From Deltaproteobacteria bacterium (lineage in GTDB: Bacteria > Myxococcota > SpSt-1050 > JACRCP01), in the NCBI GenBank assembly GCA_016218965.1, contig JACRCP010000399.1:4710-68709 (forward strand): a stretch of DNA of 64,000 bases. Reading direction: 5' to 3'. The notes under the pieces were generated by a model, which ran no database searches, was not told the origin of the DNA, and saw only the letters and a program-made list of their open reading frames with translations. The position numbers were made by a program, and so were the translations under genes. Each line of letters starts with the position of its first letter. Positions within the stretch are counted from its first letter, which is position 1. Of this stretch, positions 35,752-45,028 are shown piece by piece.

Positions 35752-36648
35752 ATGCACGTGCCCGTCACCACATCCGCCCGGCCCGCCGCCCGACTCGTCG
35801 TCGCGCTCGTCGCCGTTGTGTCGGCGGGGGGCCTATCGTGCGGGGACAACGGATGGGGGGACGAGGGTGGGAGCGGTGCGATCGCGGCGCGGGACGGCGG
35901 CACGGCGGCGGACGGGGGGTCAGGCCCCCCCGGGGGCCCCTTGCTGTTCGTCGTCATGAACTTTTCCGACGAGGCGGCGTTTCTCAACGCGGCCCTGAGC
36001 GCCGATGATCTCGTCGGCGTGTATGCGGCGCATGGCGCGTTCCTGTCGCTCGTGACGCGGCCTGGCCGGGCGCTCACCGGGCCGTCGATCCCCGCGCTGC
36101 AGGAGGCGCTGCTCGACCTCGGCGGGACGGCGCTCGACTACCTCGTCTACAACCCGGAGATCTACGACACGCACGGCACACCTCAGGGGGAGCTCGACGA
36201 CCCCCCCGGCGCGGTCGCGGCGCTGCGGCCGCTCACGGACGCCCTTGGGTCCGGGCTCGGCTTTTTCCCCGACCTCACGCTGCTGGAAACCTATGGGGCG
36301 GCCGTGGCGCCGCTTGTGGACCTCGCGGGGATCCAGGCCCAGCGGTATCAACTCCGCCCGGACGAGCTCCGCGCCGCCGTCGCGGCCGCGGCCGAAGTCT
36401 ACCGGGGTGCGAACCCAGCCGTGAAAATGTTCGCGCAGCTCTTCATGGCCCCGCCCGTTTACGGTGACGATGGAAAGCCGGTCCGGGACGCGAACGGGGA
36501 GAAGGTGTATCAGGCCGTCAGCGCCGAAGAGGTGATCGACGCGATCAACCTCATCACCGACCTCGTCGACGGCGTCGTCATCGCCCATTCCGAGGAGACC
36601 GAACCGGAGTTGACGCGGTTTCTCGGCCTGCTGCGCCCCGCCAGGTAG
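35752..36648 (+). CDS. hypothetical lipoprotein
   Basis: Signal peptide with lipobox (LVALVAVVSAGGLSC|G). Coding-like composition. The antisense 348-aa ORF is Arg-rich and was rejected. Confidence 0.5.
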   Translation: MHVPVTTSARPAARLVVALVAVVSAGGLSCGDNGWGDEGGSGAIAARDGGTAADGGSGPPGGPLLFVVMNFSDEAAFLNAALSADDLVGVYAAHGAFLSLVTRPGRALTGPSIPALQEALLDLGGTALDYLVYNPEIYDTHGTPQGELDDPPGAVAALRPLTDALGSGLGFFPDLTLLETYGAAVAPLVDLAGIQAQRYQLRPDELRAAVAAAAEVYRGANPAVKMFAQLFMAPPVYGDDGKPVRDANGEKVYQAVSAEEVIDAINLITDLVDGVVIAHSEETEPELTRFLGLLRPAR

Positions 36649-37050
36649 TGGCGCACCGGCTTTCCTCCGTGGAGTGCGGCGGCTTGACGCCGCCTTGTCT
36701 CGCCGGGGCTTGACCCGGCGACCGCGCCCCCGACGCCCGTCCCGTCCCAACCGCGCTTGGCACCGTGCGACGCCCTTGGGCCTTCGATGCGGCCCGGTCA
36801 ACCCGGGGTGACGGCGGGTCGCGGCTTGACCATGCCGAGGCAACGCCGCCGGCGTTCTTCGAGTCGCCGGGCAGAAACCGCGATGGAAGTTCCTTTCGAC
36901 CGACCCGGTAGACTCGTTTCGAGCGGCGCTCGTCCATGCTTGCCCGTTGTTGCCGGTCATTCGCAACCCGGCGTCGACCCTGCGGCGTCCTTGACACCGC
37001 TCCGACCCGGGGATACCGTTCTCTTGGGAACCTCAATGGAGGTGGTTGAA

Positions 37051-37299
37051 ATGACGGATCGCCAACTTCTTGAACGGATCAGGATCGACCCCAAGGTCAT
37101 GGTGGGGAAGCCGGTGATCAAGGGCACGCGCCTGACGGTCGAGTACATTTTGAACCTCCTTGCCCACGGCACCAGCGAGGAGGCCATTCTCAACGAGTAC
37201 CGAGGTCTTGCTCCCGAAGACATCCAGGCGTGTCTGCTGTTTGCATCCCGTTCACTTGACGATACCACCTTTATGCCGATGGTCGCGGAGATGCCCTGA
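37051..37299 (+). CDS. DUF433 domain protein (antitoxin-like partner of DUF5615)
   Basis: IDPKVMVGKPVIKGTRLTVEYILNLLAHGTSEEAILNEYRGLAPEDIQACLLFA matches the DUF433 consensus. GGAGGTG RBS. Confidence 0.75.
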   Translation: MTDRQLLERIRIDPKVMVGKPVIKGTRLTVEYILNLLAHGTSEEAILNEYRGLAPEDIQACLLFASRSLDDTTFMPMVAEMP

Positions 37300-37446
37300 G
37301 TGCGTTTCCTCGTCGACGAGAGCACGGGGCCGAGTGTTGCCCTGTGGCTGCGCGGACAAGGGCACGAAGTGTTTTCGATCTACGAAAATGCCCGCGGGAG
37401 CGAGTTTCGGGCCTTCGAGTTCTTGACGGCCGGAGGCCGAGGCTGA
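37300..37446 (+). pseudogene. truncated DUF5615 (PIN-like toxin partner of DUF433); only ~35 N-terminal residues conserved
   Basis: The GTG start overlaps the DUF433 stop. VRFLVDESTGPSVALWLRGQGHEVFSIYENARG matches DUF5615 N-termini. It then diverges into EFRAFEFLTAGGRG and stops after 48 aa, at the direct-repeat copy 1. Confidence 0.55.
37404..37432. repeat. direct repeat copy 1 (gtttcgggccttcgagttcttgacggccg)
   Basis: Matches 38779-38813 except for a 6-nt gagttc duplication in copy 2. Confidence 0.7.
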
Positions 37447-38778
37447 AGGCTGACAGCTTCTTTTGAGTTTTCATGGCCCCGTCTCCATTCCGCTTTCCAA
37501 GGCCCGGTTACTTCTTCCTCAACGTCCTGGCCGCAAGGAGCGCGACAATGGCGATCGTCACGCCTGCCCCAGCCAGCACCCAAACCGTCTTTCGCCCTGC
37601 CCCCTCGTCCTTCTTGACTCCGTGTTCCTGCGGTCGCCCGGCATCGCCGGCATCGCCGCCCCCGTCTTTTCCCCCTCCCGTGGTTCCTCGTTTTTCTTCG
37701 GGTGTTCCCGACGGTTCTTTCCCGCCATCTCTGGTTTCGACATTTTGCCTGCGGTGTTCCCGAGCTTTTTGGTCCTCTTCTACTAACTGTCTCATGCGAA
37801 TAGCTTCCGACAGGTCTACAGTTCCCCTCAACTCGTTGAGTCTGTTTTCCACGTATTCTCTCACAACACCCCATTCGGTTTCCTTCGCCAACTCCTCCAA
37901 CTCCCGTTCCGTGAACTGGTGTGTTTCCAAGTCTTTGCACACAATGAACACGTCACGGCAGTTGTTTTTCGTCGCATCAATTACTTCGTCCATTGTTTTG
38001 ATGTTGATCCTCGACAGTCTGATAGCGCCTTCACAGAGCGCCCTCAAGATCTCCTCGTCACCCCGGGCGTGCATGTATCGCTCACTCGGATCGAGATCAC
38101 ACTCAGCAGCGCCCCTCTTGAGAACATCGACGATCGTTCTTTCTTTGTCGTCACGAACCACTGCCGTATAGTATCCGGACCTGATGTCTGCAAACTGCCA
38201 ACACGCCTCACGTTTCAGGGAGTTTCGAAACACACGTTCATCGATCTGTCTTTCTTTGAACCTCGCTATCAGTCGATTGAGGGCATCGTAGCAACGCGAC
38301 AAGGATTCCAAGTCGAGAGGCGGTTTCGGAAGTACGATCTCCCTTTCGGCGTCAGCATCTGCAACGCCGGTCGATACGACGATTGCCAAAGCACAAATAA
38401 ACGTTGGTTTGCCGAAGCGTGGAAAAGGAATCATAGTTTCCTCTCGTAGTTCTTACCCGGTGCCCCCCAGTCATGGTCATTCAACGTCCCTGTCCCCAAG
38501 GACTTCCCATCCGGCCCCTTTTTTTGCCACGCCTTGGCAGCGCATTCGGCGACGTCTTCCTCGTCGCCACGCTTCGACACCGGATACGGAACTTTGCCAA
38601 TCCAATTGACACCCAGGATGGTGTTGCTGAAATGCATGCCCATCGGTTTTGTGGGAAAATTCGCTGCGTTGCACTGCGTCCGTCGACAGGAACTTTCATG
38701 GGGGGTTTTCCCCCTCCAGAGGGAGCATGCGGGAGCATAAAGGAAGCGGCGGGGGATTGCAAATCCGGTTTCGGGCCG
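37433..38778. mobile_element. putative inserted low-GC segment (~1.35 kb) flanked by imperfect direct repeats; no integrase/transposase recognised
   Basis: Local GC is ~50% against ~68% in the flanks. It carries one minus-strand CDS. It lies between DR copies and truncates the DUF5615 gene. Confidence 0.35.
37508..38434 (-). CDS. hypothetical secreted protein with C-terminal TM anchor and basic tail (low-GC cargo gene)
   Basis: Signal peptide MIPFPRFGKPTFICALAIVVSTGVADA. C-terminus is G/D/K-rich followed by TVWVLAGAGVTIAIVALLAARTLRKK. GAGGAAA RBS. Confidence 0.55.
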   Translation of the reverse strand: MIPFPRFGKPTFICALAIVVSTGVADADAEREIVLPKPPLDLESLSRCYDALNRLIARFKERQIDERVFRNSLKREACWQFADIRSGYYTAVVRDDKERTIVDVLKRGAAECDLDPSERYMHARGDEEILRALCEGAIRLSRINIKTMDEVIDATKNNCRDVFIVCKDLETHQFTERELEELAKETEWGVVREYVENRLNELRGTVDLSEAIRMRQLVEEDQKAREHRRQNVETRDGGKEPSGTPEEKRGTTGGGKDGGGDAGDAGRPQEHGVKKDEGAGRKTVWVLAGAGVTIAIVALLAARTLRKK

Positions 38779-38813
38779 GTTTCGGGCCTTCGAGTTCGAG
38801 TTCTTGACGGCCG
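38779..38813. repeat. direct repeat copy 2 (gtttcgggccttcgagttcGAGTTCttgacggccg), embedded in a run of three GGTTTCGGGC units (38766-38826)
   Basis: Seen directly. Confidence 0.7.
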
Positions 38814-38860
38814 CGCGGTTTCGGGCGAAGATTGGCCGCCCGTATGAGAGAGGAGAACAC

Positions 38861-40159
38861 GTGAAGCCCGAAGCCAGGATCGGCGAGATCGCGAAGTTCG
38901 AGGGGAAGGAAGTGACGCTCTGCGGCTGGGTGTACAACATCCGTTCGTCGGGGAAGATACACTTCCTGCTTCTGCGCGACGGGTCGGGGGTCATCCAGTG
39001 CGTGGCGGGAGCAAAGGACGTTTCGCCCGGGACGTTCGAGGCGATGAAGTCTCTTACGCAGGAGTCGTCGGTCATCGTCACCGGGTCCGTGCGCGCCGAA
39101 AAAAGGGCGCCGCACTGCGGTTTTGAGCTGACGCTAAAGGACGTCAAGATCCTCCAGATTGCCAAGGACTACCCCATCTCGCCCAAGGAGCACGGGCCGG
39201 CCTTTCTGCTCGACAACCGGCACCTCTGGCTCCGCTCGCTTAGGCAGGTCGCCATCATGAAGGTGCGCAACACCATAATCAGGGCCATCCGCGACTTCTT
39301 CGACCAAAACGGTTTTCTGCTCATAGACTCCCCCATCTTCACACCGGCGGCGTGCGAAGGGACGAGTACGCTTTTCGAAACGAACTACTTCGAAACCAAG
39401 GCGTATCTTACGCAGTCGGGCCAGCTCTACAACGAGGCCACGGCCATGGCGTTTGGCAAGGTCTACTGTTTCGGCCCCACATTCCGCGCCGAAAAGAGCA
39501 AGACGCGCCGGCATCTCACCGAGTTCTGGATGGTCGAGCCCGAGATGGCGTTTTACGACCTTGGTGACACCATGGACGTGTGCGAGGACTTCCTCTGCTT
39601 TGTCGTCTCGCGCGTGCTCGAACGCAACCGCGCGGACCTCGACGTGCTTGAGCGTCCGGCCGGCCCGCTCGAAAACGTCAGGAAACCGTTTCCCCGGATC
39701 ACGCACGCCGAGGCGATTGCGGTCCTCAGAAAGGCCGGCGCCGAGATCGCCGACAACGCCGATTTTGGCGGCGACGAGGAGACCATTCTCACGAAGCAGT
39801 TCGACCGGCCGATCATGGTCCACCGCTACCCCGCCGAGGTCAAGGCGTTCTACATGAAAGGGGACCCCGCCGACCGCTCGAAGGCGCTGTGCGTGGATGT
39901 TCTTGCGCCCGAGGGGTACGGCGAGGTCATCGGAGGCGGGCAGAGGGAGGACGACCTCGACACGCTCGTAGCCGCAATAAAAAAACACGGCCTCCCCGAG
40001 GAGGCTTTCACGTGGTACCTCGACCTGCGCCGCTACGGGTCGGTCCCGCACAGCGGGTTCGGCTTGGGCGTAGAGCGCACGGTGGCGTGGCTCTGCGGCC
40101 TGCACCACGTGAGAGAAACCATTCCGTTCCCGAGGATGATGGAGCGCGTCACCCCATAG
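38861..40159 (+). CDS. asnS: asparagine--tRNA ligase
   Basis: GTG start with a GAGAGGAG RBS. Class II motifs [21 protein letters not shown] and [13 protein letters not shown]. Anticodon-binding OB N-terminus. No GAD insertion, so AsnRS type. Confidence 0.88.
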   Translation: MKPEARIGEIAKFEGKEVTLCGWVYNIRSSGKIHFLLLRDGSGVIQCVAGAKDVSPGTFEAMKSLTQESSVIVTGSVRAEKRAPHCGFELTLKDVKILQIAKDYPISPKEHGPAFLLDNRHLWLRSLRQVAIMKVRNTIIRAIRDFFDQNGFLLIDSPIFTPAACEGTSTLFETNYFETKAYLTQSGQLYNEATAMAFGKVYCFGPTFRAEKSKTRRHLTEFWMVEPEMAFYDLGDTMDVCEDFLCFVVSRVLERNRADLDVLERPAGPLENVRKPFPRITHAEAIAVLRKAGAEIADNADFGGDEETILTKQFDRPIMVHRYPAEVKAFYMKGDPADRSKALCVDVLAPEGYGEVIGGGQREDDLDTLVAAIKKHGLPEEAFTWYLDLRRYGSVPHSGFGLGVERTVAWLCGLHHVRETIPFPRMMERVTP

Positions 40160-40165
40160 GCCAAG

Positions 40166-40549
40166 ATGATTTGCCCCAAGTGCGGCAGCGACAAGGTCTA
40201 CCCCTCGCGGCTGAAGAGCGATAATGAGTTCTTCATCGTCATCATCACCAATTTCGACCCGTACCGTTGCATGACCTGCCGGCGGCGGTTCTGGCGATTC
40301 AGGTGGCGGCCCCGGCGGAAGCAGGGCGGCGGTTTCGGTTTCCCCGACGTGGGCGGCGAGCTCAAGCGCCTCTCCCGGTCGATCAAGGAGTTTTGGCCGC
40401 AGAACCGCGGGCGGATGATCCCGCTCGTCCTCAAGATGCTGCTCATCGGCGCGCTCGCGGTGGGGATAGCGACGATCATCGGGTACTCGACCGGAAAGAT
40501 GAAATCCCAGCCTGATTTCGCGAAACCGACGGAGGCGGCGAAAAGGTGA
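40166..40549 (+). CDS. zinc-ribbon (CPxCG...CxxC) small membrane protein
   Basis: MICPKCGS ... CMTCRR followed by a C-terminal TM helix. Length 127 aa. Confidence 0.5.
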   Translation: MICPKCGSDKVYPSRLKSDNEFFIVIITNFDPYRCMTCRRRFWRFRWRPRRKQGGGFGFPDVGGELKRLSRSIKEFWPQNRGRMIPLVLKMLLIGALAVGIATIIGYSTGKMKSQPDFAKPTEAAKR

Positions 40550-40796
40550 GGGTGCGTTTTGCGAACCCGGGCCGCCTGCCGCACGGACGCGACCCGGTTG
40601 CGCCGTAGCGGCGTTTTCGGGCCTCACTGGGCGTCCGGACGGGCGCCAACAACGGACGGCGCGTCCGAAAACGATGCGGAGGCGCGGCCGGGGAGCAAGA
40701 CGTGCGGCCCCCGGGACTATTCAACGCACCTCCGCAAGAACGCGGGTTGAGGACGGGAGTTTGCGTTTCGTCCTTCGGTTCTTTATAGTCGCCGGC

Positions 40797-41675
40797 ATGC
40801 ATCCTGTTTCGCATACGCGAGCACAGGTCATCGCGTTCATCGCGGCGGCTCTGGCATTGCCCGCGACCATGAACGCAGCCGAGGCTCCGACGCTAATCGT
40901 GTTCGATCTGGTCCCCGAAAAGGGCGTTGAACGCGGCGCGGCCAACCTGCTCACCGAGATCGTCATCAACGAAGTCAGCCGGCTCGGCCGATACACGGTC
41001 ATCGGCCAGAAGGACCTCGACAAGATGCTGACGTGGGAGCAGAACAAGCAGCTCAAAGGCTGCAATGACACGAGCTGTCTAATCCAGATAGCGGGGGCGA
41101 TGGGCGCCAGCTTCTACATGGAAGGGTCGCTCGGCGTCATGGGCGACCAGTTCGTCGTCACGCTCAAGCTCATGGACGCGCAGAATGTGAAGATCCGGGC
41201 GCGGGACACGCTCATCATCGAAAAAAACGAGAGCGTTTTGGTGAAAGCGATGCCGGGGCTTGTCCAGAAAATCGCCTCGCCGGTCGAGGCAAAAACGGCG
41301 CCGACGGCGACGGCGGCCAAGGAGCCCGCACCCGCGGTGGAGAAACCGGCGCCAGGCGACGGCCGCGGCGCGTATCGGCTGGCCGGCTGGATTGCCGCCG
41401 GCACGGGGCTCGCGGTGCTCGGGGCCGGCGTCTACTTCTGGCTGAACGCGGGGACCACATACAGCGACCTCGCCGCCGGGAAATACCCGGGGGCGGACCG
41501 AGGTGACAAGATCGACGAGGGGAAACTCAACGACAAGCTCGGCCTCGGCGGCATGATCGGAGGAAGCGTCACCGCGGCGCTGGGCGGGGTCCTCTTGTAC
41601 TACGGCTACTCCGGCGGGACGGTCGCCGTCGGGATGGACCGCGGCGTGTCGCTCCGCGTCGGGGGGACGTTCTGA
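40797..41675 (+). CDS. secreted hypothetical protein (CsgG/LpoB-like N-terminal fold, Gly-rich hydrophobic C-terminus)
   Basis: Signal peptide MHPVSHTRAQVIAFIAAALALPATMNA. Resemblance to the CsgG/LpoB N-terminal alpha/beta domain is by pattern only. Confidence 0.5.
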   Translation: MHPVSHTRAQVIAFIAAALALPATMNAAEAPTLIVFDLVPEKGVERGAANLLTEIVINEVSRLGRYTVIGQKDLDKMLTWEQNKQLKGCNDTSCLIQIAGAMGASFYMEGSLGVMGDQFVVTLKLMDAQNVKIRARDTLIIEKNESVLVKAMPGLVQKIASPVEAKTAPTATAAKEPAPAVEKPAPGDGRGAYRLAGWIAAGTGLAVLGAGVYFWLNAGTTYSDLAAGKYPGADRGDKIDEGKLNDKLGLGGMIGGSVTAALGGVLLYYGYSGGTVAVGMDRGVSLRVGGTF

Positions 41676-42568
41676 TGCGACGCCTTGTGACGCGAAGCAT
41701 GGCACTCGGTGCAGTGGCGCTCACAGCCGTGCTCGTGCTTGCGCTCTCGGCATGCCGCGACTTTGACCAGTTCCGCGAAACCGACGCCGGGACCGACGCG
41801 GGCACAGTCGAGATCACGGGTCCGTGCACCCCCGATTGTCCCGCGGTCGACATGGTCACCGTGCCGGCAGGCGAATACCTGATGGGGTGTAACGACCTCA
41901 TAGATATCGACTGCGAGGACCACGAGCGCCCCGGGCACAAGGTGACGGTTTCGGAGTTCATGATAGACCGGACCGAGCTCACGGTGGCCGATTACGACCT
42001 CTGCGTCAAGGCCGGCGAATGCCTCCCGCCCGATCCCAACGAGGGCTGCAACTACGGGGTCGCGGGACGCGATCGGTATCCGGTGAACTGCGTGACGTGG
42101 CAGCACGCCGACCGGTATTGCAAGTGGGTCGGGAAGCGGCTTCCCACCGAGGCCGAGTGGGAGAAGGCGGCGCGGGGCAAGGACAGCCTGAAGTACCCGT
42201 GGGGGAACACACCGGCGGCGGACTGCGACTACGCGGTCATGTACACGGAGATCGACGGCGGCGGCGTGAACGGCTGCGGGAGGGGCGGGCTCTGGCCTGT
42301 GGGAAGCAAGCCGAAAGGCAAAAGCCCCTACGGCTGCGAGGACATGGCGGGAAACGCCGGCGAGTGGGTCGCCGACTGGTACTCGGCGGACTACTTCGCG
42401 CAGTCTCCCAAGACCGGCCCGACCGGCCCCGCCACCGGCACCGAGAAGGTGATCAAGAGCGGCGCGTTCGTCGACTCGGCTGCGCGCGTGCGGACCTCAT
42501 TCCGGCACCACACCAGCCCCAACGACGCCCCCGACTACGCAAGCTTCCGCTGCGCATTTTCCCGTTGA
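41675..42568 (+). CDS. formylglycine-generating enzyme (SUMF1/FGE-sulfatase) family lipoprotein
   Basis: Lipobox LALSAC. FGE-sulfatase fold signature (GxWEWT-like RLPTEAEWEKAARG, ...GNAGEWVADWY, RGG...S). TGATG overlap with the upstream gene. Confidence 0.85.
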   Translation: MRRLVTRSMALGAVALTAVLVLALSACRDFDQFRETDAGTDAGTVEITGPCTPDCPAVDMVTVPAGEYLMGCNDLIDIDCEDHERPGHKVTVSEFMIDRTELTVADYDLCVKAGECLPPDPNEGCNYGVAGRDRYPVNCVTWQHADRYCKWVGKRLPTEAEWEKAARGKDSLKYPWGNTPAADCDYAVMYTEIDGGGVNGCGRGGLWPVGSKPKGKSPYGCEDMAGNAGEWVADWYSADYFAQSPKTGPTGPATGTEKVIKSGAFVDSAARVRTSFRHHTSPNDAPDYASFRCAFSR

Positions 42569-42708
42569 CGCGGTCGTCCGCGCGTCCGGGCGGGATCCGC
42601 TCCCGCAAACGGCGGAATCGGACCTTCGCGCTCCCCGGGGCTTACGCATAATCCACTGAAATCACCCGTTTTTTGATGTGGCACGGCGCTTGAAGTTCAC
42701 GCCGCGCC

Positions 42709-43152
42709 ATGAAGTTCCGCCTTGAGCGAATCCGTCACATCGAACACCTCCGTGCCGAGGTGTCGCGGCGCTCGCTCGCGCACGCGGCGGCCGACGAGAG
42801 CGCGGCCCGCGCGGCGGCAGGCGAGTCGCGGAACGCGTTTGTCGTAGCTGGCGCCGAGCGCGAGGCGGCCATACGGCCCGGCGGGCCGGTCACGGACCTG
42901 GCGCTTTTCGAAAGGACCCTGTTGGCCAACCGCGTTGACAGAGCACGCGACACCCTAATGGCCGGGCTTTCCAGCCACGCCGCAGCCGAAAAGAAACTTG
43001 ACGGCGCCCGCGTCGAGTATTCGGCAAAACGCAGGCGAGAGGAAGGCTTCGACCGCCTCCGCGAACGGTTCGTCCTTCAAAAAAAAAGAGACGCCGAAAA
43101 GGCCGAGGAAGGGGACACAGATGATCTCTTCAGTTCAACGCGTCGCGGTTGA
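42709..43152 (+). CDS. FliJ/SctO-family type III export stalk protein
   Basis: Length 147 aa. All-helical coiled coil with FliJ/YscO-like charge pattern. It is first in the T3SS-ordered operon. Confidence 0.55.
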   Translation: MKFRLERIRHIEHLRAEVSRRSLAHAAADESAARAAAGESRNAFVVAGAEREAAIRPGGPVTDLALFERTLLANRVDRARDTLMAGLSSHAAAEKKLDGARVEYSAKRRREEGFDRLRERFVLQKKRDAEKAEEGDTDDLFSSTRRG

Positions 43153-43651
43153 GAAGATGGCGGGCGCCGGCGCCCCCTGCGGGCCGGGGCCGGCCACGGC
43201 GTTCGGATTGCTTCTCGGCAGGCACCGCCGGGATCTTGAACCGCCGACGGAACTGGATCCTTTGCGGAAGGTGCCGTCCGCATCCGGTGGAGGGTTCCGG
43301 CCCGAATCGCTCGCGGCCGCCAATGGTGGGATACCGGTCGTGCCCCACGCAGTCGACGTGAAAAACTCGATCGAGTGCTCTTCTCCCATGCCGGTAGCGG
43401 CCGCCGTCGAGGTGCTGGCCGTTGAACGCGCGATGGACGCGGTGCGCTCTTTCGGGCCGGTCCAGTGCATGAGGCTCGACGTGGGCGGCGGCACTGTCAC
43501 GGTGCGGGCCGGCGCATGCGGGAGCGGCTTGTCGGTCGAGGTGACAACCGATTCGCGGGTCAGCCCCGAGACGCGGCGCGCAATAGTTGCCGCGGTCCGG
43601 CGCCGGGCGCCCGGCGCCGCCGTGACCGAGCGAAGAAGGGGCGGCAGATGA
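43121..43651 (+). CDS. FliK/SctP-like protein (hook/needle-length control C-terminal T3S4-like domain)
   Basis: C-terminal MRLDVGGGTVTVRAGACGSGLSVEVTTDSRVSPETRRAIVAAV resembles Flg_hook/T3S4 domains. The start is uncertain, with a 32-nt overlap if ATG 43121 is used (alternative ATG at 43157). Confidence 0.4.
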   Translation: MISSVQRVAVEKMAGAGAPCGPGPATAFGLLLGRHRRDLEPPTELDPLRKVPSASGGGFRPESLAAANGGIPVVPHAVDVKNSIECSSPMPVAAAVEVLAVERAMDAVRSFGPVQCMRLDVGGGTVTVRAGACGSGLSVEVTTDSRVSPETRRAIVAAVRRRAPGAAVTERRRGGR

Positions 43652-44691
43652 CCCGCGACGATCTGCAAATCCACAACGCGTGGTGCGCGTTTGCCGCTTC
43701 GGAAGGGTTTGCCGGGCTTGTCGAAGCCATGTGCGCACGCCTCTCGAAAACGCTCGGGACGCCGGTCGAGCTCCGGACCGCCGTCGTCGCCGTCGTCGAG
43801 AGCGCCCGAATCGAGAAGCTCTTCGCCGCGGGGCAGTTCGCGTTCGCCATCGAGGCGGGCGCGGGCAAGCGCGCGGTCGCGGTCGCCTCACGCCTGCTCC
43901 CGGCCCGCATGCTCAAGCTGCTCTCGGGCTCGGACAAACTCTCGGTCTCGCACTCGTTCTGCCGCGCGGCGATCGAGCTTTTGCTCCTTGACGCGGCCGC
44001 GGCCATCTCGGAGACGACCGGGACGAACATCCTTGTGAGTCCCGCGCCCTCGGGCGCCGCTTTCGACGCCGACGCCTTCGTACAGCTCCGCGTGGCCGTG
44101 CGCATCGGCGAACCGGCAGGGGACCTCGCGCTCTTTGTTCCCGCGCGGCTGCCTCCCGCGGGGGACCGGTTTCCGGCGTTTCTGCGCCGGATTCGGATTC
44201 CGGCAAACGCGGGGTTGGAGATCGAACCGCTGGAGGTCGAGCGGCTCGAAGGTTCCATGCCCGGGGACGTGTTGAACCTGTCGGCGGCCGGCACGGGACC
44301 CCGGGCCGTTTTGAGGCTTGAACTCGGCCGCGAAACGGCAAGGGAGTACCGAATCGACTTGGACACGTTCCTGAACGACGGGACCATCAAGATAGACGGG
44401 GGACCGATGGAGGCGACAATGGCCGAGGTGGACACGAAATCTGCTTCAGACGCACGGATGGGCACCAATCCGGTTTCAACCGGGCGTTTCAGGCTCCCCG
44501 TGAGGCTTGAGATCCTCGCTTTTGAAATCCCGGCGGCGGATCTCGAAAAACTCGCCCCCGGGCAGGTGCTTGAGACAAAGGCCGAGCCGGGCCGCGCCGT
44601 AAAAATGTACGTGTGCGGCGAGCTTTTTGCCCAGGGGCACCTTGAACACCTGGAGGGTTTCGATGGATTCCGCATTGAGAAGATTTTCTGA
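43648..44691 (+). CDS. type III secretion cytoplasmic-ring protein SctQ/FliN family (two SpoA-like domains)
   Basis: C-terminal SpoA/FliN domain VRLEILAFEIPAADLEKLAPGQVLETKAEPGRAVKMYVCGELFAQGHLEHLEGFDGFRIEKIF. A second SpoA-like segment lies upstream. Confidence 0.7.
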   Translation: MTRDDLQIHNAWCAFAASEGFAGLVEAMCARLSKTLGTPVELRTAVVAVVESARIEKLFAAGQFAFAIEAGAGKRAVAVASRLLPARMLKLLSGSDKLSVSHSFCRAAIELLLLDAAAAISETTGTNILVSPAPSGAAFDADAFVQLRVAVRIGEPAGDLALFVPARLPPAGDRFPAFLRRIRIPANAGLEIEPLEVERLEGSMPGDVLNLSAAGTGPRAVLRLELGRETAREYRIDLDTFLNDGTIKIDGGPMEATMAEVDTKSASDARMGTNPVSTGRFRLPVRLEILAFEIPAADLEKLAPGQVLETKAEPGRAVKMYVCGELFAQGHLEHLEGFDGFRIEKIF

Positions 44692-45028
44692 AACGGCCGC
44701 GGCAAGGCTCGGGCGGGGCCGGGCGCTTGCCGTGGTCTGCGCGGGGGTTGCGCTGATTGCGGCGGCGGCCATCGGCGGTTCGGGGGCCGGCGTGCTCGCG
44801 GTCCTCGGGGCGTGCGCGGTTTGGGCATGGATCGCCCGCCGGAAGGCCGCGGCCGATTCCACCGGTGAACCGGGACTGAGACTCATGTCGTCGATTTCAC
44901 TCCCCGGCGGCGCCCGAATTCACGAGGTCGCGTGCGGCAGCCGCCGCGTCCTTGTCGGGACGCATGGCGGGAGGCTCTGCGTAATCGACAGGACCGAGGA
45001 ACGCGGCGAGGAGGATCCCGATGAGTAG
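44663..45028 (+). CDS. FliO-like small membrane protein
   Basis: Single TM (ALAVVCAGVALIAAAAIGG) followed by a FliO-like motif (EVACGSRRVLVGTHGGRLCVI). Its stop overlaps the fliP start. Confidence 0.45.
   Translation: MDSALRRFSETAAARLGRGRALAVVCAGVALIAAAAIGGSGAGVLAVLGACAVWAWIARRKAAADSTGEPGLRLMSSISLPGGARIHEVACGSRRVLVGTHGGRLCVIDRTEERGEEDPDE

Noticed and set aside
35920-36966. 348-aa minus ORF
   Set aside because: Antisense to the 35752..36648 lipoprotein gene. Arg-rich. The plus frame has a signal peptide and normal composition.
42569-42708. Possible intrinsic terminator after the FGE gene (ccccgggg palindrome plus T6)
   Set aside because: The stem is short and the T-run is separated from it. 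Not convincing enough to call.
43130-44828. 253-aa and 422-aa minus ORFs
   Set aside because: Antisense to the T3SS genes. Arg/Pro/Ser-rich.
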